From a virus (lineage: Duplodnaviria; Caudoviricetes): a stretch of DNA of 64,000 nt. The notes beneath the pieces were generated by a model, which had not been told where the DNA came from, made no database searches, and was given only the letters and a program-made list of their open reading frames with translations. Each line of letters opens with the position of its first letter. Within the stretch, counting starts at the first letter, position 1. The stretch lies in the IMG/VR virus record IMGVR_UViG_3300020045_003166, positions 13 through 64,012 of that record; one strand, written 5' to 3'. The translations under genes and the position numbers were made by a program. This document shows, in pieces, positions 16,630 through 25,777 of the stretch.

Positions 16630-17465
16630 TGGCTGAAATCAAACAAGCGTCTCACGGTATGATCGATCGCATTTACGCTCATTACGAGAAACAGAATGAA
16701 AAACCTATCTACCTGGCGCGTATTGGCGCGTCTAGCATTGGTGACCCTTGTCTGCGTTCTATTTGGCTGTCCTGGCGAGCGTACGATGACAAGAAGTTTG
16801 ATGGACGGATGTTGCGCCTCTTTTCCACCGGACATCTTCAAGAAGAGCGTATTCAAGCCGATCTGAGCAACGCCGGATTCAAAGTCTGGACGCACCAGGA
16901 CGACGGCAATCAGTTCACCTACACAGACGAAACCGGTCACTTCGTGTGTAAATTGGACGGGGTGATCAAAGGTGTTATAGGCGCCGAGAAGACGCCCCAT
17001 GACCTAGAAATCAAGACCCACAGCGTCAAGAGTTTCGACGAGGTCTTGAAGAAGGGTGTAGAGAAGGCGAAACCTGTTCATTACTGGCAGATGCAAGCCG
17101 GAATGCTCTTCAGCAAGCTCCCTCGCGCCCTGTACGTCGCGCTATGCAAGAATGATGAACAATATCACATCGAGCGGATCTACCCGGACCCCGTTATCCA
17201 GGAAGAGATCGGCCGTAAGATCATCAAGCTCGTAGAGGCGCGAACCCCTCCGGTCGGTATAAGCGATGACGCCGGAGCGTTTGATTGCAAGTGGTGTGAC
17301 ATGAAAGAAGTCTGCGTGGGTAAGAAACCTATCAAGACCTGTCGCTCTTGCGATCACGTTCAAGTCGTGCCGAAGAACGGCGAGTGGCTTTGTACGCTTC
17401 ATGGTAACGTACTGAGTAATGAAGAACAGAAAAACGCATGTTTTGAATATTCGGTGATCTCGTGA
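16626..17465 (+). CDS. PD-(D/E)XK (Cas4/RecB-like) exonuclease
   Basis: IGASSIGDPCLR, FSTGH, KLDG, LEIKT, HYWQMQ, CKWC...CRSC cluster. Confidence 0.85.
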   Translation: MMAEIKQASHGMIDRIYAHYEKQNEKPIYLARIGASSIGDPCLRSIWLSWRAYDDKKFDGRMLRLFSTGHLQEERIQADLSNAGFKVWTHQDDGNQFTYTDETGHFVCKLDGVIKGVIGAEKTPHDLEIKTHSVKSFDEVLKKGVEKAKPVHYWQMQAGMLFSKLPRALYVALCKNDEQYHIERIYPDPVIQEEIGRKIIKLVEARTPPVGISDDAGAFDCKWCDMKEVCVGKKPIKTCRSCDHVQVVPKNGEWLCTLHGNVLSNEEQKNACFEYSVIS

Positions 17466-17941
17466 CTCTCACGATAGGGATTGACCCAGGTCTTACGGGA
17501 GCCGTTGGCGTACTAGACAGTGGTAAGTTCGTACGGGTAGAAGACATCCCTACGACGCTGAAGGGTTCAGGGGTCGTAAAAAATGAGGTTGATCCTTACG
17601 GACTTTACAAGATGCTCCGTTACGTCACCCAAGGTCACGAAGAAGCCGAGATTGCCCTCGAGCGCGTTTCGGCGATGCCCGGCCAAGGGTCTTCTAGCGT
17701 GTTCAGTTTCGGGGACACCTATGGCTGTTGTCGCTCGGCAGCGACCATCTCTGGACATCCGGTCTTCCTAGTACCTCCGGCGACTTGGAAAAAGCACTTC
17801 AAGATCGGGCGTGATAAGGAAGAGGCTCGCGCCCTGGCTATCCGGCTGTTCCCGGACGCACCATTGAACCTGAAGAAGTTCGCGGATCGTGCTGAATCAT
17901 TACTGATGGCTCGGTGGCTGTGGGAAACGCGACATTCCTAA
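17462..17941 (+). CDS. ruvC: RuvC-like Holliday junction resolvase
   Basis: IGIDPGLTGA, IALERV, SVFSFG, PATWKK, DRAESLL. Confidence 0.85.
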   Translation: MTLTIGIDPGLTGAVGVLDSGKFVRVEDIPTTLKGSGVVKNEVDPYGLYKMLRYVTQGHEEAEIALERVSAMPGQGSSSVFSFGDTYGCCRSAATISGHPVFLVPPATWKKHFKIGRDKEEARALAIRLFPDAPLNLKKFADRAESLLMARWLWETRHS

Positions 17942-17947
17942 TCAGGC

Positions 17948-17983
17948 TTTACTTTTGGAAAACCCCCAGCTATAATGGGGGCA
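17948..17983 (+). promoter_or_regulatory. Promoter TTTACT-N17-TATAAT flanked by CCCCCA / TGGGGGCA
   Basis: -35 17948-17953, -10 17971-17976. Confidence 0.8.
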
Positions 17984-18009
17984 CCTTAACAAATAACAGG
18001 AGAAATGAA

Positions 18010-18183
18010 ATGGACGTCTTCCTAATCTGGGTTGCCCTTGAAATCGGCAAGGTACTTTGTTACCCGAACACGTGCGCTACCGAAATCATTCAAGAGATCA
18101 GTGCTCCGGCGGAGGAGAAGAAACCCGAAGAGCCGGAACCGGTTGTTACTGAAGAACCTGTTGAGGAGAAGAGTGATGAATGA
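18010..18183 (+). CDS. Small hypothetical protein with acidic/Pro-rich tail
   Basis: AGGAG RBS; first gene after promoter. Confidence 0.6.
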   Translation: MDVFLIWVALEIGKVLCYPNTCATEIIQEISAPAEEKKPEEPEPVVTEEPVEEKSDE

Positions 18184-18427
18184 AATCGACCTTCGCTATC
18201 GGCTAATTGACGGCCTGATTCTCGTAATCGGCTTGTTGATCTTCCTCGCCTTAGTATCCTGGATGCAGCAAAAAGACTTGAATGACGCCCTAGAGTTTCA
18301 GAAGGAAACCGCTCAGCGTTATGCTCATATGCTCGCCCAATGTATGAACGGTAAGATTCTTTATGACAAACGTAGTGATAGGCTCTATGCTTGTGATAAA
18401 GTCCTTGAAATCAACCTGAATAAGTGA
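18176..18427 (+). CDS. Small membrane protein (1 TM)
   Basis: LIDGLILVIGLLIFLALVSWM. Confidence 0.65.
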   Translation: MNEIDLRYRLIDGLILVIGLLIFLALVSWMQQKDLNDALEFQKETAQRYAHMLAQCMNGKILYDKRSDRLYACDKVLEINLNK

Positions 18428-19395
18428 GAACTGCTATGAAACCTCTTGTTATTTACCACGCCTCATGTGCCGATGGCTTTGGCGCCGCGTTCGCTGCTTG
18501 GCTGAAGTTGGGCGACGACGCTGAGTATTTTCCATGTCAGTACAACACCGAAGCGCATTTGATTGGGCTAGGGTTGCCGATTGTCTCAGGTCGAGAAGTT
18601 TATATTCTTGACTTTAGCTTTCCGCGTGATCGCATGGACTACATCTTTGCAAACGCCAAGTGCGTCGTTTGGCTTGACCACCACAAGACAGCGCTCGATA
18701 TGTGGCTTGCAGATAAACTAGACTTCCCATTTACAGAATTTATAACTGAGGAGGGTAAGTCGTTTGCTACGTACGGGAGCAACGTGCATATCCAGTTAAA
18801 TAACTGGAAGTCTGGCGCGATACTTGCTTGGGAATACTTTCATCCTGGAGCGGAAGTCCCGCAGTTCATTCGTCATATTGACGACTACGACCGCTGGCAG
18901 TTCAAGCTCCACGGGACTAAAGCGTTCCAGAAAGCGCTCTGGTCTTATGCTCCGTGGTCGTTCAAGCAATGGCAGCATGAATGGGACACAACATGGGGCT
19001 ACAGTTCTGCTGATGGGTTAGAGGGTATCCCTAACACCTACCGTGAAGGCGAAGCAATACTCCGCGCGCATGACCAGAACGTTCAGGCGGTGGTGAAGGG
19101 GTCGACACGAGTTTGCACAATGACCCTAGATAGACCCGTTGCAGACTACCATGGCCTCGCTACCAACTGTCCGCCACATCTCACAAGTGACGTAGGTCAT
19201 GTACTCGCCACGCAGTCCGGCACGTTCGGACTGTGCTGGACGCTTAGTCAAACCGGACTCATTGCAAAGTGTAGCCTTCGCAGTAACGGTGAATATGACG
19301 TATCAGCCATAGCCAAAGCATTCGGTGGTGGAGGCCATCGTAATGCCGCTGGCTTTGAGGTTCCGATTCAAACGTTACTTAGGTGGCTGAAATGA
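18424..19395 (+). CDS. DHH/DHHA1 phosphoesterase
   Basis: IYHASCADG, YILDFS, WLDHHK, IDDYDRW, SLRS, FGGGGHRNAAGF. Confidence 0.9.
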   Translation: MRTAMKPLVIYHASCADGFGAAFAAWLKLGDDAEYFPCQYNTEAHLIGLGLPIVSGREVYILDFSFPRDRMDYIFANAKCVVWLDHHKTALDMWLADKLDFPFTEFITEEGKSFATYGSNVHIQLNNWKSGAILAWEYFHPGAEVPQFIRHIDDYDRWQFKLHGTKAFQKALWSYAPWSFKQWQHEWDTTWGYSSADGLEGIPNTYREGEAILRAHDQNVQAVVKGSTRVCTMTLDRPVADYHGLATNCPPHLTSDVGHVLATQSGTFGLCWTLSQTGLIAKCSLRSNGEYDVSAIAKAFGGGGHRNAAGFEVPIQTLLRWLK

Positions 19396-19868
19396 AAACA
19401 GTAGAAGAGATTGCGCTGGAAGCGGCGAAAGATTACCTGAAGCTCAAGCTTGGCAACCGAGCAGGTTTCAACGTTTACGACATTGATGATGAAGACGCCG
19501 ACATTCTGATCGCAGAGATTGAGCAAGAGTGCGCCAAGTCGTTTATGGAATTCCTCGCCGCAGTTGATGCGGAGCGGGGGAAGGATGCAGTCGGCTGGAT
19601 GTGGCAGCACGAAGATACCGGGAATACGGGTGTAGTCGATCAGTGGCAAATCGATAACGGGTGGGAAGAAGGCAACCCGCGTATTCACCTTATTAGCCCA
19701 GTATTCCTCTCCCCCACGATCCCAGAGGGTATGGCGCTGGTTCGCTCACCAATCACAGAAGAAATGCACATCGCAGCAATTAAGGCGCTACTAAGAGCGC
19801 CGGGGATTAATGACCTTCCGCAGAGAATGCTTGACGCAATGATCCAAGCCGCAGGAGTGACGAAATGA
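19383..19868 (+). CDS. Hypothetical mosaic phage protein
   Basis: AVGWMW...P(V)F(L)SP...PEGMALV modules typical of variable early genes. Confidence 0.65.
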   Translation: MAEMKTVEEIALEAAKDYLKLKLGNRAGFNVYDIDDEDADILIAEIEQECAKSFMEFLAAVDAERGKDAVGWMWQHEDTGNTGVVDQWQIDNGWEEGNPRIHLISPVFLSPTIPEGMALVRSPITEEMHIAAIKALLRAPGINDLPQRMLDAMIQAAGVTK

Positions 19869-20887
19869 GCCTGACAGACGAACGGAAATGTGGAGCCGAA
19901 GCCGTAGGGGGTAAGCGCTGCTTACCAGCCGGTCACAACATGGGAAGGCTTGATATTCCAAGCAATCATCAAGCCGAAGCGACGAAGCCCGCCCTGCAAG
20001 AACTTGACGAACCGTTCGCCACAATCCTGCACGAGAACTTGTTTGATTTGTGTGAGGGCGAAGCGACGAAGCCGCAGGAGCCGGTTAGCTATCAGGAGTT
20101 GTTTGATGCAATCGCTGCTGCAACCTCAGTTGCGTGTTTTCCGGGGATCAACATATCCATTAAGGACTTCACCGCAAAGATAGGGCCGCTCTACACCACC
20201 CCGCAGCCCTGCCCGAAGTGCGTTGCATTAAAGGAACTCTTCACGGTTGACAAAGACGGCCGAACTATGGCCGATCAATATCTGGACGTGAAAGCAAAGT
20301 ACGCCGAGCTTCAAGTGGAATTCACAGTATTTCATAACATAGCGCATGACCGCTTTGCGAAACAGTCCGAGCGTATCAAAGAGCTTGAGGCCGAGCTTCA
20401 ATTCCTCCGCCCCGGAAAGGTTGCGATTGTACAACAAGCTGAGCATATTTCACAGCTTGAAGCAGTGGTTATCCAAGCTGGCGTAGAAGCATCAGAGCTT
20501 GAGGCCGAGCGTGACGCACTGAAGGATGAAAATGTCCGACTTGAAAAGCAAGCCTGTGACTACTATTTCAAAATCACTACCCTTATTCAAGAGCGTGACG
20601 CGCTGGCGATGATAGCGCAGCAGATGCGGGAGGCGCTTGAGTCAATTCAACGATACGGATTTGACACACTCTCCGGTCGAGTTGACGGACCAGATGACAG
20701 AGCCTGGCAACGAGCGGGCGTAAATGAAATGACCAAACGCGCGCAATCCGCCCTCGCCCTCCCCGACACATCCGAGATCATCAAGCGGCACGATGCGGAA
20801 CTGATTGCAGCAATACGGTCTGTTCCGTGCAGTAATTGTGGGATGGTAAGCAAAGCCGTAGAACTGGAGAAATCATGTTTGAAGTAG
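19865..20887 (+). CDS. Hypothetical mosaic coiled-coil protein
   Basis: Repeated ELEAE / ERDAL segments. Confidence 0.65.
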   Translation: MSLTDERKCGAEAVGGKRCLPAGHNMGRLDIPSNHQAEATKPALQELDEPFATILHENLFDLCEGEATKPQEPVSYQELFDAIAAATSVACFPGINISIKDFTAKIGPLYTTPQPCPKCVALKELFTVDKDGRTMADQYLDVKAKYAELQVEFTVFHNIAHDRFAKQSERIKELEAELQFLRPGKVAIVQQAEHISQLEAVVIQAGVEASELEAERDALKDENVRLEKQACDYYFKITTLIQERDALAMIAQQMREALESIQRYGFDTLSGRVDGPDDRAWQRAGVNEMTKRAQSALALPDTSEIIKRHDAELIAAIRSVPCSNCGMVSKAVELEKSCLK

Positions 20888-20984
20888 AACAGCTCTTATC
20901 AGTACTTTGGTACACCTACAATGCGCGATGGTATATCGGTGGGGCGCTCCTTATTACAGCAGCAATCATCTGGGGGTTGAAATC

Positions 20985-21050
20985 ATGACCGACAGAGAGA
21001 TGCTTGAGCTTGCGGCGAAGGTGGATAGATATGAGGATGATGGGAAATGA
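20985..21050 (+). pseudogene. Probable truncated gene remnant (MTDREMLELAAK..., 21 aa)
   Basis: N-terminus recalled from longer phage proteins; ends after 21 codons at the next start. Confidence 0.35.
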
Positions 21051-21262
21051 ATAAGATTCGCATCTCGCTAACTCAGCCCGACACTATTATCAAGGGCTCA
21101 ATCAAGATAGAAGGCTCCACGAGCTTCGTTCAGTCATGTCTAGCTGAAGTGATAGTCAAGACGGCTCACGCATATAAGTGTTCGCCCGAGAGAGTACTTC
21201 AAGACATTTATCATGTTATTTGCAAAGAAAAAGAAGCCGATGAAAACTCAGTACCCCAATGA
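21047..21262 (+). CDS. Hypothetical protein
   Basis: ATGA overlap. Confidence 0.55.
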   Translation: MNKIRISLTQPDTIIKGSIKIEGSTSFVQSCLAEVIVKTAHAYKCSPERVLQDIYHVICKEKEADENSVPQ

Positions 21263-21392
21263 GCCTAAACCCTCACTGATTACTTGCACGTGTTGCAAGG
21301 CTAAGAAACCCCGCGAGGAGTTCCCTAGCTCGCTACTCCGCATTTCAAGTAAGTGTTACAAGTGCTCCCCACTCATTGAAAGAAAACCATGA
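21240..21392 (+). CDS. Small zinc-finger protein, 50 aa (below cutoff)
   Basis: CTCCKAKKPREEF...CYKC; stop abuts the convergent gene at 21393. Confidence 0.5.
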   Translation: MKTQYPNEPKPSLITCTCCKAKKPREEFPSSLLRISSKCYKCSPLIERKP

Positions 21393-23267
21393 TTACTTGG
21401 TGGCGCTCAATCTGCGCATACGTTCGTTCAAAGCCCCCTGGGGATACTGACCCAATCCGAAAGCCGTTCGAGGTAGCACACCTTGATGAGGAGCTAGCCG
21501 AGCTTTTAACCCTTGAAGACCTGATTGCTGGAGGGCTACCAATGGAGACCTTGTGCTCGGTGTCGCCCCAGACAGGACGTCCTCCGCACCGACCAGTCTC
21601 GCCGCCGTATTCGACTCCGACAAGCCTCGCATCCCCGGAATCCTACTGGCAACGGTCTCTGCCGCCGTTACCGGGTGACCCGTTACTGCCCGTAATACTT
21701 GCGCAAGACCCCCTCGCATTTCCGGAACTTGCCCATCTCGCGAGAGTGCCGTGGCTCGAACGTCGGGCAAGTTGCGAAGAACGTCCGTCATGTCCTGTCC
21801 ACGACGACTCATGGTCGGGTATAGACGGTCTACCATGGGGATGCCAGCGTTGCTTGTCGCGGCCGACAACCCCTCCTGACCGGTCTTGAACCCTCGTCCA
21901 TGGCTCATAGACTTGCGAGCTATGGGATTATCAAGTACCGTCGGAGCCACCACCTCGCGATAGTATTTCGTGGCGTCTTTGTATAGATTCAAGGCTTCAT
22001 TGTTTCCGGCGTGTTTAGCAGCCCAGGCTTCCGCATCTGAGTCTAGCGCCGTTTTAAAGTCTTGAAGGTACTTTCTAGCTGCGCGATTCTCCGCCGGAAT
22101 AGACGTACCCATTCGCTCGGCTGTATCAATTCCCCGATTGAGCGTATTCAAGGCTTTGTTAGCCGCCGTACGCATGGTGTGAAAATTATCAAAGCTCAAA
22201 TCCACTTTAGCTAGGTCCGAAGCCTTCGCACCCTTAGTCGCCGCCGCGTCAAAGCCGTAGCGCCCCAGTAGCTCCGAAGCGACTTCGTACCCTGGATTGT
22301 TCGTGTTCGTAATCGAGCGAGCCGTATACATCGGCTTGAACGCACCGAGGTTATTCGCCGCGATGTGCTCATCAACCGCTTTGTATTTTTGAGCACCTTG
22401 ATTTACCCGCTGCTGAGCCGCTTCCGCCAGTTCGTCTACGTAAGCCCTGCCGACGTCCGGCACTTCCCCTTCGGGCAGTTGCAACGGACGGTCGAGTACG
22501 TTACGAAGCTCTTTCGCTTGGCCTGAGACGCGTTCTCCGTAACCTGGCAAAGCCTTCTCAACCGAAGCCATAGGTGACGTGGGATAAAGCTGCCCGAGGC
22601 TAGTAGGCGGCAGTCCTAGACGCTCACCAGCCGCCTTAGTACGCATCGCAATTTCGCCTTCGGGAGTATAGCGACCCATTCCCGCACCCGCGACCTTACC
22701 CACACCCTGAATGCCTTTTCCGACCGCGCCCATGGTACCAGCACCGATACTACCGCGCAGTAGAGAATTGAGTAACTCACCACCGATACTCGTCGGCTTT
22801 TCACTACCTGGACGAGCAAAACTCAGAGCGCCTTCTAGCGCCATCTGAGCGGGAATACGAGCAGGGGATGCTGCTGCCGTAGCCGCTTGGCCGAGGAAAC
22901 GCCCAGCCTGAGCTTCAGGGTTAGAGAACAGTTGCTTATTGATACCCTCACGCTCGGCTCGATCCGCCTGAATCTTAGTCATGAGGTCTTGACCCGCTTG
23001 ACCTTCCGGAGAGAAAGCCATCTGACCCTTTTCTTTCAGACCCTGATAGATGTCAGTCAGGTCTGAGCCGATACCCGCGAGTCCGAGTTGAAGACCACTC
23101 ATTCCAAGTGACGTGTCTACGGGAGCAGGTTCAGCCGCTTTTCTTTGAGCCGCTGCGTTTAGTGCCGGACCTATTGCTGGGTTTACGGCCGCAGCGGGAG
23201 TCACGCCGTTGATAATAGCGTCTAGCACCTCATCACTCATATCGCTATAGTTCGGATCAGCCATCAT
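21393..23267 (-). CDS. Internal virion / DNA ejection protein
   Basis: Long Ala/Gly-rich helical protein at the distal end of the structural operon. Confidence 0.6.
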   Translation of the reverse strand: MMADPNYSDMSDEVLDAIINGVTPAAAVNPAIGPALNAAAQRKAAEPAPVDTSLGMSGLQLGLAGIGSDLTDIYQGLKEKGQMAFSPEGQAGQDLMTKIQADRAEREGINKQLFSNPEAQAGRFLGQAATAAASPARIPAQMALEGALSFARPGSEKPTSIGGELLNSLLRGSIGAGTMGAVGKGIQGVGKVAGAGMGRYTPEGEIAMRTKAAGERLGLPPTSLGQLYPTSPMASVEKALPGYGERVSGQAKELRNVLDRPLQLPEGEVPDVGRAYVDELAEAAQQRVNQGAQKYKAVDEHIAANNLGAFKPMYTARSITNTNNPGYEVASELLGRYGFDAAATKGAKASDLAKVDLSFDNFHTMRTAANKALNTLNRGIDTAERMGTSIPAENRAARKYLQDFKTALDSDAEAWAAKHAGNNEALNLYKDATKYYREVVAPTVLDNPIARKSMSHGRGFKTGQEGLSAATSNAGIPMVDRLYPTMSRRGQDMTDVLRNLPDVRATALSRDGQVPEMRGGLAQVLRAVTGHPVTAAETVASRIPGMRGLSESNTAARLVGAEDVLSGATPSTRSPLVALQQSGLQGLKARLAPHQGVLPRTAFGLGQYPQGALNERMRRLSATK

Positions 23268-24880
23268 TTAGCCCCTTGAAAACGTGTCGCTATTTGCGAA
23301 TTGAGTTGAGCGAGCCGCGCCATCTCTTCCTTCATCAAGCGTTGCTTACGTTGATTCCATTCAGGAGGAAGAATACCACGATTCTCAGTGGCCATCTTGT
23401 TCGCTTCTTCAGCAAAGCGCATACGCGTCTTCGCCATGTTTTGCATCAGGTCAATCAGAGCCGTGCGACCTTCAGCGGTGCCTTCAAGACCAGGTACTAG
23501 ACCGCGTAGGATCTTCTGTTCGAAGTCGGACATCGCGCCGGGCATCAGGTTCTTTCCTTCAGCCGTGCGGGTGAGTAATGCCATCTTGCCGCTTATAGAC
23601 GAAGCCAGGTCGGCTGCGCCAACTTCCGGACCGACGTCAATACCGATCGTCTTCAACCCTGAACGGATACCTTGAACCTCTTTAGCCAACTGACCTTCCG
23701 GCATGTTGGGAGTCTGGTACAACTTCTTCAACATATCTAGCTGACCGAACAGCTGATTAGAACTTTCAGCAGCGATGTTCAGGTTAGACTGTTCTTCACC
23801 CAAGGCTTTACCCGCGAGCTTACCCGTTTCCTCTTCCATAGCGCGTTTTGGCTTGTCCTTATACGTCATTCCCGGCACGGTGGTAGCCGGCTTTTCATAG
23901 CCGGACAAAATACCTTGAAGGGTTTTGGTATCATTTTCGGAGGCTTGGGGATTGGCCGCTATACGAGCTTGAAGTCGAGCCACGGTAGCCGCATCTTCCG
24001 GACTGAGTTTAGTCTCCTGAGGTAGAGTCGGCCACGCCGGTAATTCACCAGTAACTTCACCCTTACGTACTCGACCCGCTTCCTCATCGCGCGAGGCTTG
24101 GGCAGCAGGAGCAATCTTCATTTCCGGAATCGCTGACGGAGTTGCCGCTTTCACGCCAGGGATAGAGTTGGCTTCACCCTTCACGGTGGTACCGCCGAAC
24201 TCAGCGAGGGTCTTATCTGTCTGAGCGCGAGCGTACTCTTCAGGGTTAGGAAGTTCGGCAGTCACCGCCTTGTTGTAGAACGTCTGGAACATCCGAGCCT
24301 TGATTTGATCCTGCGATCCGGTCAGAACTTCAGTACTATAGCTTTGAGTGAGTGGGTCCCATTTAGCCGCGACGAGCTTTCCATCAACTACTTTGATCGT
24401 CGGCTGAGAAACCTTCGAGCCTCCACCCATCGCTCGGAGTAATGCTGCACTTTGATCTTTAGATTCAAGAGCACGAACTTCGTCCTGGCGCATCTTCGTG
24501 AGCGAGGCTTGATTCTTCAGGTCGTTTTGCTGCTGAGTCTCCTGACCGGCTCCGTACGCGCCACCGACCTGACCGATCATCGCGCCGATATTGCCCCATG
24601 TAGGAGCAACTTGAGACGCCGCCCGAGCCATACCACCCCAGGTAGCCGCTTCATTGGCTTCCGGCGTACGACTCTGCTCTACCATTTGAGCGTACTGTTC
24701 CATCTCACGATTGTAGGCCTCTTGCTGCTGTTCAAGATAGCTTTGTTTTTGCTGAGACCCTGCGAGCAAGTTCTTGAACATATCACCGATAGCGGAGTTA
24801 CCCCCCGAGGCAGAAGGCACCATGGCTTCAGCCGGATTAGCTACTTGACTAAGTGCGCCTTGATTCATAACTTCAGCCAT
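23264..24880 (-). CDS. Internal virion / DNA ejection protein
   Basis: Gln-rich coiled coil; C-terminal LMPGAMSDFEQKIL...PGL motif. Confidence 0.6.
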   Translation of the reverse strand: MAEVMNQGALSQVANPAEAMVPSASGGNSAIGDMFKNLLAGSQQKQSYLEQQQEAYNREMEQYAQMVEQSRTPEANEAATWGGMARAASQVAPTWGNIGAMIGQVGGAYGAGQETQQQNDLKNQASLTKMRQDEVRALESKDQSAALLRAMGGGSKVSQPTIKVVDGKLVAAKWDPLTQSYSTEVLTGSQDQIKARMFQTFYNKAVTAELPNPEEYARAQTDKTLAEFGGTTVKGEANSIPGVKAATPSAIPEMKIAPAAQASRDEEAGRVRKGEVTGELPAWPTLPQETKLSPEDAATVARLQARIAANPQASENDTKTLQGILSGYEKPATTVPGMTYKDKPKRAMEEETGKLAGKALGEEQSNLNIAAESSNQLFGQLDMLKKLYQTPNMPEGQLAKEVQGIRSGLKTIGIDVGPEVGAADLASSISGKMALLTRTAEGKNLMPGAMSDFEQKILRGLVPGLEGTAEGRTALIDLMQNMAKTRMRFAEEANKMATENRGILPPEWNQRKQRLMKEEMARLAQLNSQIATRFQGAK

Positions 24881-24889
24881 GTTGATTCC

Positions 24890-25777
24890 TTATTTAGTCG
24901 CGGTAGTGGCGAGCGTGCGTGCTCCCAAGAATCCCTGAGCAGCCGCCGCCAGCGGAGACATCTGAGCGGTAGTCGCACCTGGATTGCTCACGGCCGAATA
25001 GCTCGTCGTGTTCGTCGGTTGTCCGCGAATGATGTCCGACAGGAAGGACAGCTGAGTCTTCGGGTAATTCAGTTGGTTCGTGTAATCTGTCTGCGCCAGG
25101 TTCATGTTCTGTTGCTGCTGAGCCTGTTGCGTCTGTCCTACGGTTTCCAACGCACCCGCCTGTTGCAAGCCGAGTTGCTGCGTTGTCTGCGCGAGAGACT
25201 GTTGGCGTTGCAAATCGGCCAGCGCCGCGTTCTGAGCCTGAGTATAACCCGCTTGCAACGCGGTGGATTGCTGACCCAAAATAGACTCATTAGCGTCGCG
25301 AACCGCGTTGTTAGTGAAGTCGGAATTCCGCGTAGAGCCGAATTGACCTGCGCCCGTGAAGGTGCTATTTACCTGAGGGAGTAGGTTTTCACTCAAGTTA
25401 CGCTGGCCGAGCTGAGCGATACGATTGACGACTGAATCCGTATACGGGCTCATGTACGAACCGACCGCCTGAGGTAGCGTCTGACTAGCGAGGTTCAAAG
25501 CAGGCTGGTAATTACCCTGACTGTTGATAATCTGCTGCTGAGCCTGTTGCTGAGCGGGAGTGAAACCCGCGATACGTCCGGCGTCTTGCCCGTACGTAGC
25601 AGAGTTCGTAGGTGCCGTGTAAGGCTGATAGGCTTCACCCGCTACTGCAGTAGCCTGGCTGGCCAGCCCTCGCGTGTATTCCTGAAGCCACGCGGGAAGC
25701 TGAGTTCCTGAATCAGTCAGTGTGCCGGTTACTGACGCGGGAGTGCTACCGCCGAAAAGGTAAGATTGATCAGCCAT
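24890..25777 (-). CDS. Gln-rich pilot / DNA-transfer protein
   Basis: LPAW...Y, YQPY, YMSPY...V, AGQFGSTR, NQLNYPK..LSFL. Confidence 0.65.
   Translation of the reverse strand: MADQSYLFGGSTPASVTGTLTDSGTQLPAWLQEYTRGLASQATAVAGEAYQPYTAPTNSATYGQDAGRIAGFTPAQQQAQQQIINSQGNYQPALNLASQTLPQAVGSYMSPYTDSVVNRIAQLGQRNLSENLLPQVNSTFTGAGQFGSTRNSDFTNNAVRDANESILGQQSTALQAGYTQAQNAALADLQRQQSLAQTTQQLGLQQAGALETVGQTQQAQQQQNMNLAQTDYTNQLNYPKTQLSFLSDIIRGQPTNTTSYSAVSNPGATTAQMSPLAAAAQGFLGARTLATTATK

Noticed and set aside
16626-17465. Cas4-like gene as part of a CRISPR system
   Set aside because: No array or other cas genes; its context (AAA ATPase, SSB, RuvC) is phage recombination
24452-25384. 310-aa + strand ORF
   Set aside because: It is the antisense shadow of two ejection-protein genes, with no RBS or recognisable motifs
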